This document shows, piece after piece, positions 1 to 13,487 of a stretch of 64,000 nucleotides of DNA; positions within the stretch are counted from its first letter, which is position 1, and each line of letters begins with the position of its first letter. The DNA is from the human T2T-CHM13v2.0 reference genome, Homo sapiens, in NCBI RefSeq assembly GCF_009914755.1, contig NC_060933.1; one strand, given 5' to 3'. The position numbers were made by a program, and so were the translations under genes. The notes beneath the pieces were generated by a model, which made no database searches, was not told the origin of the DNA, and was given only the letters and a program-made list of their open reading frames with translations.

Positions 1-75
1 GGCTTGCATCTCACCAGCCAGTGAGGAAGGAGCGGGAGAGATGGGGTTCTGGGTGGCCTGGCCTGGGGCTCCCAC

Positions 76-382
76 TCTTTGTCCTGGGCAGGAACAGCAG
101 CCTACACACCTTGCAGGGCTGCTGTCTGTGGCCCCAGTGCCCTTGACACCCCAGGGGGGCTGCAGACGCATCACCATGCTAACAGACTGTGTTCAAGGTG
201 CTGAAGGCTCACTGATGTCCATCAAGGGCCTTTAGCCTCCATGCCTGTGGTCGGGTGCCTGGGAAGGAAACCTGAAAAGGGGCAGGGGGGGTAGGGGAGG
301 TCAGAGACTGCCTCCATGCCACCCAGGTAAGGGCGCAACACACAGCAAGCCACCTGCCACAGGCTTGGAGGAAGGAGAGATG
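76..382 (+). repeat. Local direct duplication, copy 1 (partner 2039-2334)
   Basis: About 300 bp aligns to 2039-2334 with about 11 substitutions and one 12-bp indel (manual count). Confidence 0.95.
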
Positions 383-784
383 AAGACCACTCAGCTCTGG
401 TTCTTCGTCTCCACCCTCATCCCAGCCCTCGGGCTGCTCTCGGCTTCTCTGGACCAAATGCCCTAAGAGGCTTTGACACTTTCAGGGATGAAAGAGTGGG
501 ATGAGGAGAGGAGAGAGAGACTGTGGTGGAGAAGGCGCCTTGAGAAGGGCCAGGGAGTAAGCCCAGAGCTGACTGCGGGGGTGGGCATGGGCCCTCACCT
601 ACAACTGTCTTCCCCACAGGAACCCCAAGCACTGGAAGAAAGAAAGCCCAGTCAGTGAGGCCAAGCCTTGGTTAAGGAATCGTGCCCCTGGGGGTCCACT
701 AGGATGCATGCTTGTTATCTGGGACATATTTTCCTTTTATTTTTTAAAATTTTTAATTTGATTTTTTTAAAAAAAGTTTTAATT

Positions 785-1908
<1,124 letters not shown>

Positions 1909-1927
1909 AAGCCTTTTTTAGCCAGGC

Positions 1928-1952
<25 letters not shown>
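1928..1952. repeat. Poly(T)25
   Basis: Directly visible homopolymer. Confidence 0.95.
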
Positions 1953-1958
<6 letters not shown>

Positions 1959-2038
1959 CAAAACATGTGCGTCCCAACATCTAAAACAAGCAAAGTAGAT
2001 CATCTCCATGAACAGAAGGTTGGGGGCCTGGAGGCTGT

Positions 2039-2334
2039 CTCTTTGTCCTGGGCAGGAACAGCAGCCTACACACCTTGCAGGGCTGCTGTCTGTGGCCCCA
2101 GTGCCCTTGACACCCCAGAGGGGCTGCAGATGCATCACTATGATAACGGACTGTGTTCAAGGTGCTGAAGGCTCACTGATGTCCATCAAGGGCCTTTAGC
2201 CTCCATGCCTGTGGTCGGGTGCCTGGGAAGGAAATGTGAAGAGGGGCAGGGAGGGTAGGGGAGGTCAGAGACTGCCTCCATGCCATCCGGGTAAGGGCGC
2301 AACACACAGCACAGGCTTGGAGGAAGGAGAGATG
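2039..2334 (+). repeat. Local direct duplication, copy 2 (partner 76-382)
   Basis: See copy 1; ORF track gives near-identical peptides at 41..235 and 2008..2199. Confidence 0.95.
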
Positions 2335-3139
2335 GCTGTATCTTGGATCCTCTGCCTCCTGGGATACCAGCCCTCGGGATAGTATCTTTTTGCCCTTGAC
2401 AGCAGAAAATGCTACCTGTTCCTGACAAGCACGTAGTTGATCTTTGCATATCTGCTGCTAGACCTTTGGAAAATGAGTGTGAATCTCAGCTTGAGGAGAC
2501 TTCAAGAAAGCCTGGTGACCCCTGCCAGGAGGGTGACAGGTGAGGCCCTAGCACATCTGTCCTTAGTGCGAGGCACAGCCACTCTCCCACCCCTGATTGT
2601 CTGTACATGAGGGTGGGCCTGGAGCTGGGAGATGGTACAGCCCAGCACCTGAGTGAGACCTTTCACAGAGAGATCACTTCCTTTTTGTGCTTTGTTGAGT
2701 CTTGGCAAATCTTAACCCGATTCCTTTCTGGGGAGGGGGAAGGAAGGGGTCTCCAGATTGTCAGATGCACAGAAATAACTGAAAGCCCTTGGTGTTAAAT
2801 GCAGCCTTGAGTCTGGTTTTGGAAAGAATTGGCCTTCTTGGAAACTGTAGCCTCAGGGATGCAGAGAAACTAGGCCAGAACAGGAACTTGGGCAGGGAGT
2901 GAGTTTTGTTCCCTTCACCAGATCTGGGAGGGCTCAACTGTGTGTCTGCAACAGGTCAAGAAGCAAACTCTAGAAGGCCCTGCCCTCCTGGACTAAAATC
3001 TTCACTTCTCACGAGCTGATGGTTCAGTCCTCATGCAGCCGGGGCATGTCCCAGGAAAGCCCCCAGGGTGGCATGAGAAGCAAAAGGAGGTTTTCAGACT
3101 GCTTTAACCAAGAGTACCAACCAACAAAGAGTACAACCA

Positions 3140-3577
3140 AATGGTGCCTGTGACTTCAAAGGCCAGGTCATCAAAGGCTGACAGCTCCCTCCTGCGGGGC
3201 TTGCTGAAGCCCTCATTCTTGGAGATCTGAGCCACCAAATAAGAAGCCTGAGCCTCCTCAGCCCACCATGCCATGGGAAGCCCAGGCTGCAGCAAAAGGC
3301 TACATGGAGAGGATCCATTCAACAACCCCGGGCTACCAGCTGGCAGCCAGCATCAGTGTCCATCCAGGTGGGTGAGTCACCGGATGGCTGGCCCAGTCAA
3401 GCCTTCTGATGACTCCAGCCCCACTGATATCTGACTATCACCACATGAAACACCCTATACAGCAACTCACACAGCTTAGTCCTCCTCACATTCCTGACCC
3501 TACAATTGTGAAATGTCATATGATACAATGGTGTTGTCTTAAGCTACTAGCTTGGGGTGATTTGCAGTGCATGCATA
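3140..3577 (+). mobile_element. MaLR LTR (MLT1F/G-like)
   Basis: gtgacttc..ggtcat..aaagg, cagtcaagccttc..atgact.cagcccc, ttcctgaccc...ttaagc 3' block. Confidence 0.75.
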
Positions 3578-3831
3578 AGGCTGTGCCCATGCTCAGAGGT
3601 GTGCGCAGGCTCAGGAAAGACCTAAGAAGGCCCAGAGCTGTCACCTCTGGCTGACCTTGAGGCCCTGTGCCAGCAGGAAGTGAAGGCCAAAGCAGAGTTG
3701 GCAATTAACTGGCTGACTGAATGTTGAAGGCATGCCAGACACACATACACAGAGCCCTGTTGCAAAGATCAGGGGACATACTGGCTTCAGGCTGCATTAG
3801 TCAGGATTTTCCAGAGAAATAGAACCAATAG

Positions 3832-3875
<44 letters not shown>
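3832..3875. repeat. (GATA)~11 microsatellite
   Basis: Perfect tetranucleotide run inside the MLT2. Confidence 0.95.
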
Positions 3876-4201
3876 TATGATGGATTGTTTCACCCAATTA
3901 TGGAAGCTAAAAAGTTCCATGATCTACTTGTCTGCAAGCTGGAGAGCCAGCCAGTGGTGTAATTCCACAGCATCATTCAGTCCAAATCCAGAGGCCTGAG
4001 AACCCAGGGAGCCAGTGCTGTCAGTCCCACTCCAATTCCATAGCTCCAAAAACTGGGAGTGCTGATGTTCGCAGGCAGGAAGAAATAGATGTCTCAGCTC
4101 ATGCAGAGGGAGCAAATTTACCCTTCCTCGCTTTTTTGTTCTATCTGGACAAAAATCACCGTCAGTGGATTAGATGGTGCCCACACACATTGATGAAGGC
4201 T

Positions 4202-4562
4202 TGTCTTAGTCTGTTTTGTGTTGCTATACAACAGAATACCTGCAATTGAGTAATTAATAAAGAACAGACATTTACTTTCTACCGTTCTGGAGACTGGGAG
4301 GTTCAGGATCAAGGGGCCCACCTCTGGTGAGGGTTTTCCTGCTGTGTCATCCCGTGCCAGAGCACAGAATGGCAAGAGCAGGCAAGAGAGAGAATCCTTT
4401 TGTCAGGACCCCACTCCTATGATAACCAAATTAATCCATCCATGAGAACAGAGCCCTCATGGCCTAATCACCCTGTAAAAATCCCACCTGTCAACACTGG
4501 GGTGCACTGGGGCTTAAATGTCTAACATATGCTTTTTGGGGGGACACATTTAAACCACCGCA
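4202..4562 (-). mobile_element. MaLR solo LTR (MST family)
   Basis: tgtcttagtctgttttgtgttgctat...gacacatttaaaccaccgca; TSD aggct/aggtt. Confidence 0.9.
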
Positions 4563-4953
4563 AGGTTGAACTTCTTTACTCAGTCTACTGATTCAAATGC
4601 GAATTTCTCCTGGAAACGTTCTCATAGACACACCCAGAAATAAGGTTTTACCAGCTTTTTGGGCATCCCTTAGCCTGGTCAAGTTGTTACTGAAAATTAA
4701 CCATCATACAGGCATTTAAGGAAATCTCTGTCCAATTGCTAGCTGACTACTGTGCTAACTGAGGAGAAACTTCAGTGGCCACACATGACAAAGAGTGCAG
4801 GCTTCACACAACTAACTCAGAAAGGTCTCTGAACAAATAACAACAACAACAACAACAAACCCTGGGTAGTGGGGAGAATCTGATTTCCAAAGTTGTCACG
4901 TTTCATTATTTAAAATGCCAGTTTTCAGCAAAAAGTTAAGAAATATGCAAAGA

Positions 4954-5278
<325 letters not shown>

Positions 5279-5386
5279 TCAGATGCAGGGGAAAAAGCAG
5301 ACAGTAGAAACTGTTCCTGGGGAAGCCCAGGTATTGGCCAAACTTACTAGACAAAGATTTTAGGTCAGCTATTTAAAATATGTTTA

Positions 5387-5687
5387 CTGTAATCCCAGCA
5401 CTTTGGGAGGCTGAGTCAGGAGGATTGCTTGAGCCTGGGAGTTCAAGAGACCCCATCTCTACAAAATACTTAAAAATGAGCCAGGCATGGTGTGTGGCGG
5501 TAGTCCCAGCTACTCAGGAGGCTGAGGCAGGCCCTGAATTTTGTGATTGCTTGCACCCAAGACTTTGAGGCTGCAGTGAGCTATGATTGCACCACAGCAC
5601 TCTAGCCTGGGTGACAGAGCAAGACCCTATCTCAAAAAACAAACAAAAAAAACCCAAAAAACTATATATATATATATATATATATAT
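5387..5687 (+). mobile_element. 5'-truncated, internally altered AluJ with (TA)n tail extension
   Basis: Starts at ctgtaatcccagc; (TA)n 5663-5687; TSD-like atatgttta on both sides. Confidence 0.85.
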
Positions 5688-5777
5688 GTTTAAAGAACCA
5701 AAGCAAAGTATAAAATACTGTTTCACTGAATGGAGGATATCAATGAAGAAATAGAAATTATAAAAAAGAAAATTATA

Positions 5778-6146
<369 letters not shown>

Positions 6147-7103
6147 CTACTGGAGATAAAAGGAACAACGATCTGGAAAATAACATTTTCAAGTAAAAAG
6201 TGGCTGAGACTGAGCCCAAAGTGATGCCTCAGTCTGCAGGGGGTGTGGCCCACGGGAGACAGGCGGGTGTTTCTCACCCTGGCCTGCCTCCTGCTCAGAC
6301 TGAATTCAGTGTCTTATGCATGGCAGGCACTCAGTAGTCTTTGTTGAGTCGTAGGGTTGAAGGGGTCAGAGAGAGAGGAGGGGAGTGGCAGGAATCATGG
6401 AGACGTTTACAGGGTGGGAGCAGAAAAGAGTGTTTTAGACTTGGTGACTTCTCCGGTGACCTCAGTGCTGTTTCGTGGCAGTGCTTTTCAGGTGCAGGAA
6501 GTGGTTTGCCTTTGCCCCAGCTTAGGCACTTCCTCTTTGTAGAAGAGTCAGAGGCCTGCAAGAACTACTCATCCTGCACCAGGAGTAAAACCCTATGGCT
6601 TGGAAACAAAGTCTGCAGGCTTCGAGCCAGTTAACGGAGCAGCTTCAGAGGGGTAGACGTGTGTCCCATTCATGTCCAGTGTGTGGAGCACACTGATGTG
6701 TGCAGGCCCTTCCCAGGGGCTCAGCGTTTAGCAGGGCATGGACACAAATACCTCACCACAGGGCCATCTGAGAAGTGCTGTGAAACACAAGTGCAGGCCA
6801 GCAAGCTTTCACAGGATGGTCACGCAAGGAAAGGAAGAAAGTCTGCAGCCTATGGATGATGTGCAATTCTCCCCAATGTCAAAAGAAATCCAAGACCTGT
6901 GAAACTCGTAGACTCAGTGAGGAAAATTTTTGACCACCTGCAGTGACTGGAACTACTTCCCTGAACTGCTGGAGCTCTTAGCGTAGCTAGTCAATCACTC
7001 AGGCCCTGGCTGGCTCACTCCTTGTCCTGCTGCTGGCCTTGGGTCCATCCACCTGATCATCCTCACTCTAGCATGATAGCAGGTGAGGACATGGAGGTGG
7101 TCA

Positions 7104-7114
7104 GTGACTCAGCA
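7104..7114 (+). promoter_or_regulatory. Candidate ARE/MARE (NRF2/NF-E2/BACH-sMAF) site GTGACTCAGCA
   Basis: Exact match to RTGACTCAGCA consensus in non-repeat DNA; motif only. Confidence 0.4.
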
Positions 7115-7399
7115 GGATTCTGTTGAGTAGCTCCTGGGTAGATATTCATCAGATCATTTTTCTTTGTTATTAGATTTCAAAAAAATATATAATAAGAGAT
7201 GGGGATGCCAATGGAATAATGGGATAAGGGGTTGGAATGTTGGGGTACAATTAGCTTTACTGGTCATTTATTCATGCTCTTTCTTTGTCTAATTCCAGAG
7301 ATAATTGTGACTTGACTTTATTTAGAATTCCAAACACAGACCTTGCCTGAAATAGGAAGCCAGTCTAACATCTGGAATCCCCTGATTATACTCATGGAA

Positions 7400-7935
7400 G
7401 ACACTGTCCTTTTCCTATTTAATGGAATTTCCTCATTTCCTTTCCTGCCAAAAGAATCCAATTTTGCATTAAAGTTGCAGGCAAAGAGCCCTTGATCTCA
7501 GAGAAACTAGGCGTCCTGCAGTCCCTTTGGTTTAAGCTATTTAGCTGTAGCAACCCCCTTCCCTTTGCTACCGATTGTTATGGGGTGGCACAGAACCCTA
7601 TTCTGCACGTGGAGAGGTAAACAGAAGTCAGCTGAAGCCTCCAGGTCTTTTTCCCTATGGCTTCCTTCTGGTTTGGGATGCTCACGTGATGCCTGGAGCT
7701 CTCATAGCTATTTTGTAACCAGGAGGTAAGCAGTGTATGGCCCTAAAGCTCTTGTGCTGAGAGTGAAAACTGAAGGGCAGGCCATGCCTGGCTTGGAGGA
7801 CATCATTGAGCAATGGCGCCAGCTCTGACTTTCCATGTCCAGGCCACTTCTGTGGCATCCGTAAGTGTCACAATTATTGAAGCCCCTCTGAGATGGGCGT
7901 TCTCATATTTGTTGCCAAAATCACTTTTATGGAAA
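7400..7935 (+). mobile_element. Old MaLR LTR (MLT1K/J-like)
   Basis: gtgatgcctggagct, gacatcattgagc and degenerate 3' terminal block. Confidence 0.6.
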
Positions 7936-8349
7936 TATTTTTACAAAAATCAGCCTAAGTGATACTTTACACAGACATATTTATTCCTTTTCAACCAACC
8001 TAAGCCCATGTTTTCATTCCTTTCACTGATGATCTCATCTGTCAGCAGAGACAGGAAGGACAGCTGGAGGGTGTCACCTCCACATAGGTCCCAGACAGAC
8101 AGATAGGAGGAGGTTGAAAGCGGCCCATTGGGCTCTGTGGGTTGCAGAGGGAGGTGTGCTAGAAGGAAGGATTTGGGGAAGCAGCTTATTCTGCCCTTTC
8201 CTTCTGGGCTGCATCCTGGGCTGAGGGTCTTCCCGTGTCAGCCAAGAGCAAAGGGTAGGGAGGCTTTTGGACAGTCAACATCTTGGGTCTCAGAAAGATA
8301 CCTCCTCTCTGGGGACCCCCACTACTCCTCAGGCTCGCTGGGAGGGTGG

Positions 8350-9060
8350 GCAGCGTGGTGCTTCTAAAACATGTTTGCAAATTCTTTAATAGTCCTCTGG
8401 CCAAGAAGTGCAGCCTGTGTTCCTGTCCTTGAACCCAGATGGACCTTTGTGTGAGTTCTGAGGCTCAGATAAAAGAGGCCACACTTCTGTGTCCAATGCC
8501 CTTGGAACACTTGCTCTGGGAGCCTCCATATAAAAAGTCAGAATTCAGAGGACTCCAAGTGGAGAAACCACATGGAAAGACCAGAGAGAAAGAGACAGAC
8601 AGACAGACAGAGGAGAGAGAGACAGACAGACCCAGAGAGAGAGAGACAGAGAGGAGGAGAGAGAAGAGAGACAGGGAAACAGAGATACACACAGAGAGAA
8701 AGGAGAGACAGAGTTGGAGAGAGAGAAGAGAGAGGGGAGAGAGAGAGAAACAGAGATAGAGACACAGAGAAAGGAAAGAGTGAGAGTAAGAGACAGAGAG
8801 ATACAGAGTGAGGCAGAAAGAGACAGAAAGAGATAGAAAAAGAGAAAGACAGAGACAGACACACACAAAGAGAAAAGAGAGACACACAGAGGGAGAGAGA
8901 TGTAGGAGAGAGGGAGAGAGATATAGGAGAGAGAGAGTGGGAGCTGGCTCAGCTGTCCTGTCCCCACCGCCTGGGGCTGGACCTGTGAGTGAAGAGGTCA
9001 CTGAGATGGCCCTGCCCGGCCTCAGTCTCGGCTGCAGCCCCCTGAGAGAAAGCCTGGATG
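8350..9060 (+). mobile_element. MaLR LTR (MLT1F/H-like) split by a GA-rich expansion
   Basis: gcaaattcttt, ccttgaa, ccacatgga before the tract; tgtgagtgaagagg after it. Confidence 0.6.
8583..8938. repeat. (GA/GACA)n purine-rich low-complexity tract
   Basis: About 355 bp almost entirely A/G on +; source of the RE/SL-rich pseudo-ORFs. Confidence 0.95.
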
Positions 9061-10719
9061 AGCTCCGCCTGGTCTGATGGAGACTCTGGCAGGGTCAGAT
9101 TCATTCTGGGAATGGAAGAGCTCAGGCTGATTGGGTTGCTGATGTCTCCATGGTTACCTGGAGTCACTAGAGAAAGACAGCCTCATTTGAGTGGGATTCA
9201 GGGTCTGACCATCCAACTCTGACTGCATGTGTGACATGCGCTGCTGCTGTGTGTTTGGCTTTTCCACTCGTGTCCCCAAAATCTCCACTCCAGCTACTGA
9301 AGTTTTAAGATATTGAAGACTCAAGCAATCCCCTTAACATCAGCAAAAGGCTGGGATGCATCCAGGAAGCTAGGCTGTCTTTTTGCCTTGGGGGGAAAAC
9401 GCCGGAGCCTCCTAAAATTCAGTGCCTTCCCTCTGAGCCCGGGTTTCGCTGCTGTAGGGAGACTGACAAGAAGGCTAAGGACAGATGGAAGGAGAAAGCC
9501 ATGAGAGACACCGGAAAGTGGAGAAGATAGGGGATGCAGGTGTGAAGACTGGAGGAGGAGCGCTGCTGGAGGCGCAAACTGTCGCTTGTGTTTTTGAAAA
9601 ATGACTCTCTTCAGAAGGCCTGCTCTGAACACGCCTTCCACAGCACAGGGTGGTGGACAAACAGGCGCCTTCCCATTTGTCCAGGTGGAGAGGTGACTTC
9701 AAAGCTTAGGTGTGAACGTCCCTGTGGAAAGTGGGGCCATTAAGCCCCAGACAGTGTGAGTGTGACTGGTGACTTGAGTTCACAGCGGTTTGGGTTCCTG
9801 TGGCCATTTCCTTTAATGACACATTTGCCTTATGAATTGTTATCTGTAATTTCTGAGGAGACAAAGACAAAAGCGGAAGTAGTTGGTTCCAAAGATTTAA
9901 CCATTTCTTCCATTTCTCAGTGTTCATGACTTCACGAATCATGAGGAAGAGGAGAGGACATGGAAGAGATGGCAAGACAGCAGGTCCTCCGGCTGTGCAG
10001 TGGGGAGGGCAAAGCGGGGCGCACGGCGAAGAGGACCAGCCAGGCCCGGAGCCCCAGGCAGCGCCTCACCCAGCTGGGGTAGGAAGCACAAGGGCAGGAG
10101 CAGAGAGCCTGCTTCCAATGCTGCTGGTTTGCCCTGAGTTTCAAAGTCCACGACCCAGGACTGGCTGACTTCGTGGGAGGATTTAACCAAGAAGAAAAAC
10201 TGGAATTTTGAGATTCCAAAGCCTTCCACGAAACTCCTTGAATATATTTGTATGGATGTGCTACTCAAAGTTTATATGATTTTTGACCCAATAATTTCAT
10301 TTTCCTATACCCAGATGATTCCCCCAGAGAGAGCATAAGAGGAAAACAAATCAGAAGGTCCAGTGGAGAGCTTCTACCCTCATTACCAGCTCCAGGGACG
10401 GGGATCTGCACCTGGTGAGAGTGAGGGGCAAAGGCATCAACTCTTAATTTTCCAACTTTGAGGAAATCATTCACCAGTCCGTCACAGCCCCCACTTTTAT
10501 TTTCCAACTTCTCACCCTGTTTTCAAGGGCTCCTGAGTGAAACCATTTAGGCCCTTTCCCTCCTCTTTGCTCTCTCTCTGAGGCAGCCTGAGTGGTTCCT
10601 TCTCCCAGAGGGGCCCTGGGTCTTTCCAGGCATCTGTCGGGGCCCAGTCACTCTCCTCCAACTGGAATGTTCTGCTCAGCATTTTTTTCTGGTTAAAACT
10701 CAACCTATCGCCATGATAT

Positions 10720-10980
10720 TCCTTTTGGGGGACAATTTGGCAATAGGTGTGTCACAATTTTACAGGTGCAGTCCCATTAGCTGAGAACATTTATGAGTCA
10801 TTTCTATATTTACAGGAGTGCAAGATCCACGAATGTGCCTGCATGCTGTATACAATGGTAGAAAATAAAGAAGGCCATCTGCATGTCCCAAGTTAAATAC
10901 AGCATGGCCCAGCCACACTGGGATACATGTAGCTTTAAAGAGAAGTAGGTAAGTATGCCCAGATATGGGAAGATGCCTAA
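10720..10980 (+). mobile_element. Degenerate L1ME 3' fragment
   Basis: ttttgggggacaatttggcaata and downstream L1ME-like blocks. Confidence 0.45.
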
Positions 10981-10981
10981 A

Positions 10982-11500
10982 TTAGTAATCAAAGGCTAAC
11001 AATATAACTGTAAGCTAAGCAACTTGAAACAACCAGCATTTATTGTCTCACGGTTTCTGTGGGTCAGGAGTCCAGGTACAGCTTAGCTGGTCCTCCACAA
11101 CCAAGGTGTGGGCTGGGGCTGCAGTCACATTTGAGGCTCGAATGAGGAAGGACCTGCTTCCTCACTCACATAGTTGTCAGCAACATTCAGTTCCTTGTGT
11201 GCTGTGGGACTGAGGGCCTTATTTCCTGCTGGCTGTTGGCCAGAGGCTGCCCTCAACTCTTTGTCACAGGGGCCCTCTTTATGTGGCCACTTGCTTCCTC
11301 CAAGCTAGCTAGGGAGTGTGTCTCCTAACAAGACTGATGTGATCATCTTATGGAGCATAATCATGTACATCCCATCATCTTTGTCACTTTCTATGGGTTA
11401 GAAGCAAGTCTGTGTTCCAGGGGAAGATATTATGCAACGGAGTGCATATTAGGAGGCAGGGATCATGGGGGAGGTGACCATCTTAAAGGCTATCCATAAT
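10982..11500 (-). mobile_element. MaLR LTR (MLT1E-like)
   Basis: catttattgtctcacggtttctgtgggtcagga, ttagaagcaagtc, ggatcatgggg. Confidence 0.85.
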
Positions 11501-11559
11501 ATATCCAGAATATATTTTTAATTAATAAAAGGCAAATGAATCAGAACATAGAAGGGATG

Positions 11560-11975
11560 GGTAGCTAACTACAAAAGATTCTACAGCATTGACTTATTGC
11601 TGGGAGTGGCTCCCAGCCAGGACCCCATTCCTCAGCACCCATGGACTGTGATCTAGGGAGGACCAAGTGTCTGGTTCTCACCAATGGAACATGAGTGGAT
11701 GGGGTGAGTGTCACTTCTGGTCCAGAGGATTAAGAAGTGGATGTGACTCCCACAGTCTCTTTTGCCATCTGCCCATTGAATTGAAGAGAGTCACCATTGA
11801 AGATGTGGAGCTGCCCAGTGAGTGGGTCCAGGAATCCCTGCTGGGAGGTGAATCACCCAAACAGGAGCGCCCACATGGATGGAGATACGCACAAGAGGTA
11901 AACTTTTATTTTGTTTAGCTGTGGAGGCTAGGATTTGGTTATTACAGCAGCAGCTAGTATACCTTCAATAGTATA
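11560..11975 (+). mobile_element. MaLR LTR (MLT1J/I-like)
   Basis: ttctcaccaatggaa..tgagtgga, tgtcacttctgg, taaacttttattttgttt. Confidence 0.7.
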
Positions 11976-12069
11976 TACGGTTTAGTATAATCTGATTCAA
12001 ATATCTGTGCATAAGTGTGTGCAGTTATGGATGTATGTTGCCATACGCACTTTTCATTCTCTTAATTGG

Positions 12070-12529
12070 GTAGTCAGAATTCTTCAATGTGTCTGCATAA
12101 CAAACTATTCCAAAACTTAGAATCATAAACAATAAGCATTTCTGATCTCTCGCAGTTGCTGTGGGTCAGGAATTTGAAAGCAATTAGCTGAGCGGTTGGG
12201 GCCGCTGTCTCATCTAAAGGTATGAATGGGGCTGGAGGTTCCACCTCCCAAGCAGTTCCTCATACAGCTGGGCAGTTGGTGCTGCTTGTGTGTGGGAGGC
12301 ATGCAGACCTCTCTGCCGGGCTGCTTGAGCGTCCTTATGGCATGGCAACTGGCTTCCTCCAGAGTGAGGAATCCCAGAGAGAGCAAGGCAGAAGACTCAA
12401 TGTTTTATGAGCTAGCCTTGGAAGTCAGGCACAATCATGTTTGTGATGTCTGTTGATGACACTGGTCAGCCCTATTCAATGTGGGACAGGACTACACAGA
12501 ACATGAAGAGGGAGAGGCTGGCTACCATA
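12070..12529 (-). mobile_element. MaLR LTR (MLT1F-like)
   Basis: ccaaaacttag, tgtgggtcaggaattt, ggctgcttgagcgtcc, ggctggctaccata. Confidence 0.85.
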
Positions 12530-13487
12530 GGGAAGTCACAATAGAAAAACACCTTGATCTGAATCTCAGGGTGGGGCATGGAAACGGAAAGGTTTAAGCA
12601 AAATAAACAAAGTGAAGAACAGGCTCAGCTGCTCTTAACGGGAGCGGTGATGCAGGCTTTTGTATACCGAGTGAAGTCACACAGGGAGAGGAGTCACAAG
12701 GAGGGTTGCAGAGGTCAGCAAGGCTGTGGTGGACATCTGTGGACACGGTGACAGAGTGAGCCTCAGGGCTGCTCAGTGAAGGCCAGAGATGGTATTGCAG
12801 AATCAGGAGCCCAGCACAGAGATAACCAGGACAGCAAGCCCACAGACTGCTGAGTGATTCGGGAATTGATCCTTCCCTCATCTCCAGGGAGCTGGAGCAG
12901 AAACCAATGGTGTATTTGTGATGGGGATGGTGGGTCTCACTCTCAGGTATCATGTGGAAGGAGAAAGAGGCTGCTCCTTTAGACTGCACTCATATCTGAG
13001 TGGGTCATCCTCTAGGCTTTGGAGATTCAGGTACCTGCTACCTGCTGTGTCCAAGGACTCCCAAGTGAAGGGTTCGTGATTCCCGGGTTTGGGGGTGGTG
13101 CACAGGAGAAAATGTCAGCATTTTCATTTTCTCTCTAAAAACCAGGAACCCTGCCCTGTGCTGATACTGAGTGTGCACCTGCCCTCCGGCAGCCCCTGTT
13201 TTTCCCAAGCCCTGTGACTACTCTCCCCATCATGTAAGGGACAGATAGCTTAATAATACTCCTGCCAAGAGATGGCAGAATAAAGATTCTATTAATCATT
13301 TCTCTGGCAATGAGACAATGGCAGAGCCGACACTGTAGATCTCACTGGAGCCCCACGCACATGACAAGAGCAAGAAACTGTTTGAAAGAGAGACTGACAC
13401 CAGCATTGTCAACACAAACCATGCCCTGGGTATGCTGCTCATGGAGTGTTAGCTAATGCAGTATTAAGCCAGCATTTTTAAAAAAAA

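Larger units (their letters stand above)
3793..4708 (-). mobile_element. ERVL solo LTR (MLT2B/C-like), interrupted by MST
   Basis: Termini tgcattagtcagg / aattaaccatcata; 5-bp TSD CAGGC at 3788-3792 and 4709-4713. Confidence 0.9.

Noticed and set aside
1928-2334. Duplicate copy 2 as a processed retrocopy (poly-T next to it; on the minus strand copy 1 has AGA|GTGGG at the divergence point)
   Set aside because: No AATAAA before the A-run, no TSD found, and degraded homology continues past both core ends. It would be revived if 1953-2038 matched an exon to the left of the window
3042-3051. p53 half-site GGGCATGTCC
   Set aside because: No adjacent second half-site
8439-9077. Arg/Glu-rich and Ser/Leu-rich ORFs
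   Set aside because: Translation of the GA-rich tract
9990-10070. CpG island or promoter
   Set aside because: Only a handful of CpGs over less than 100 bp
11631-11650. REST/RE1-like TCAGCACC-CAT-GGACTG
   Set aside because: Non-canonical 3-bp spacing, poor right half, inside an MLT1 LTR
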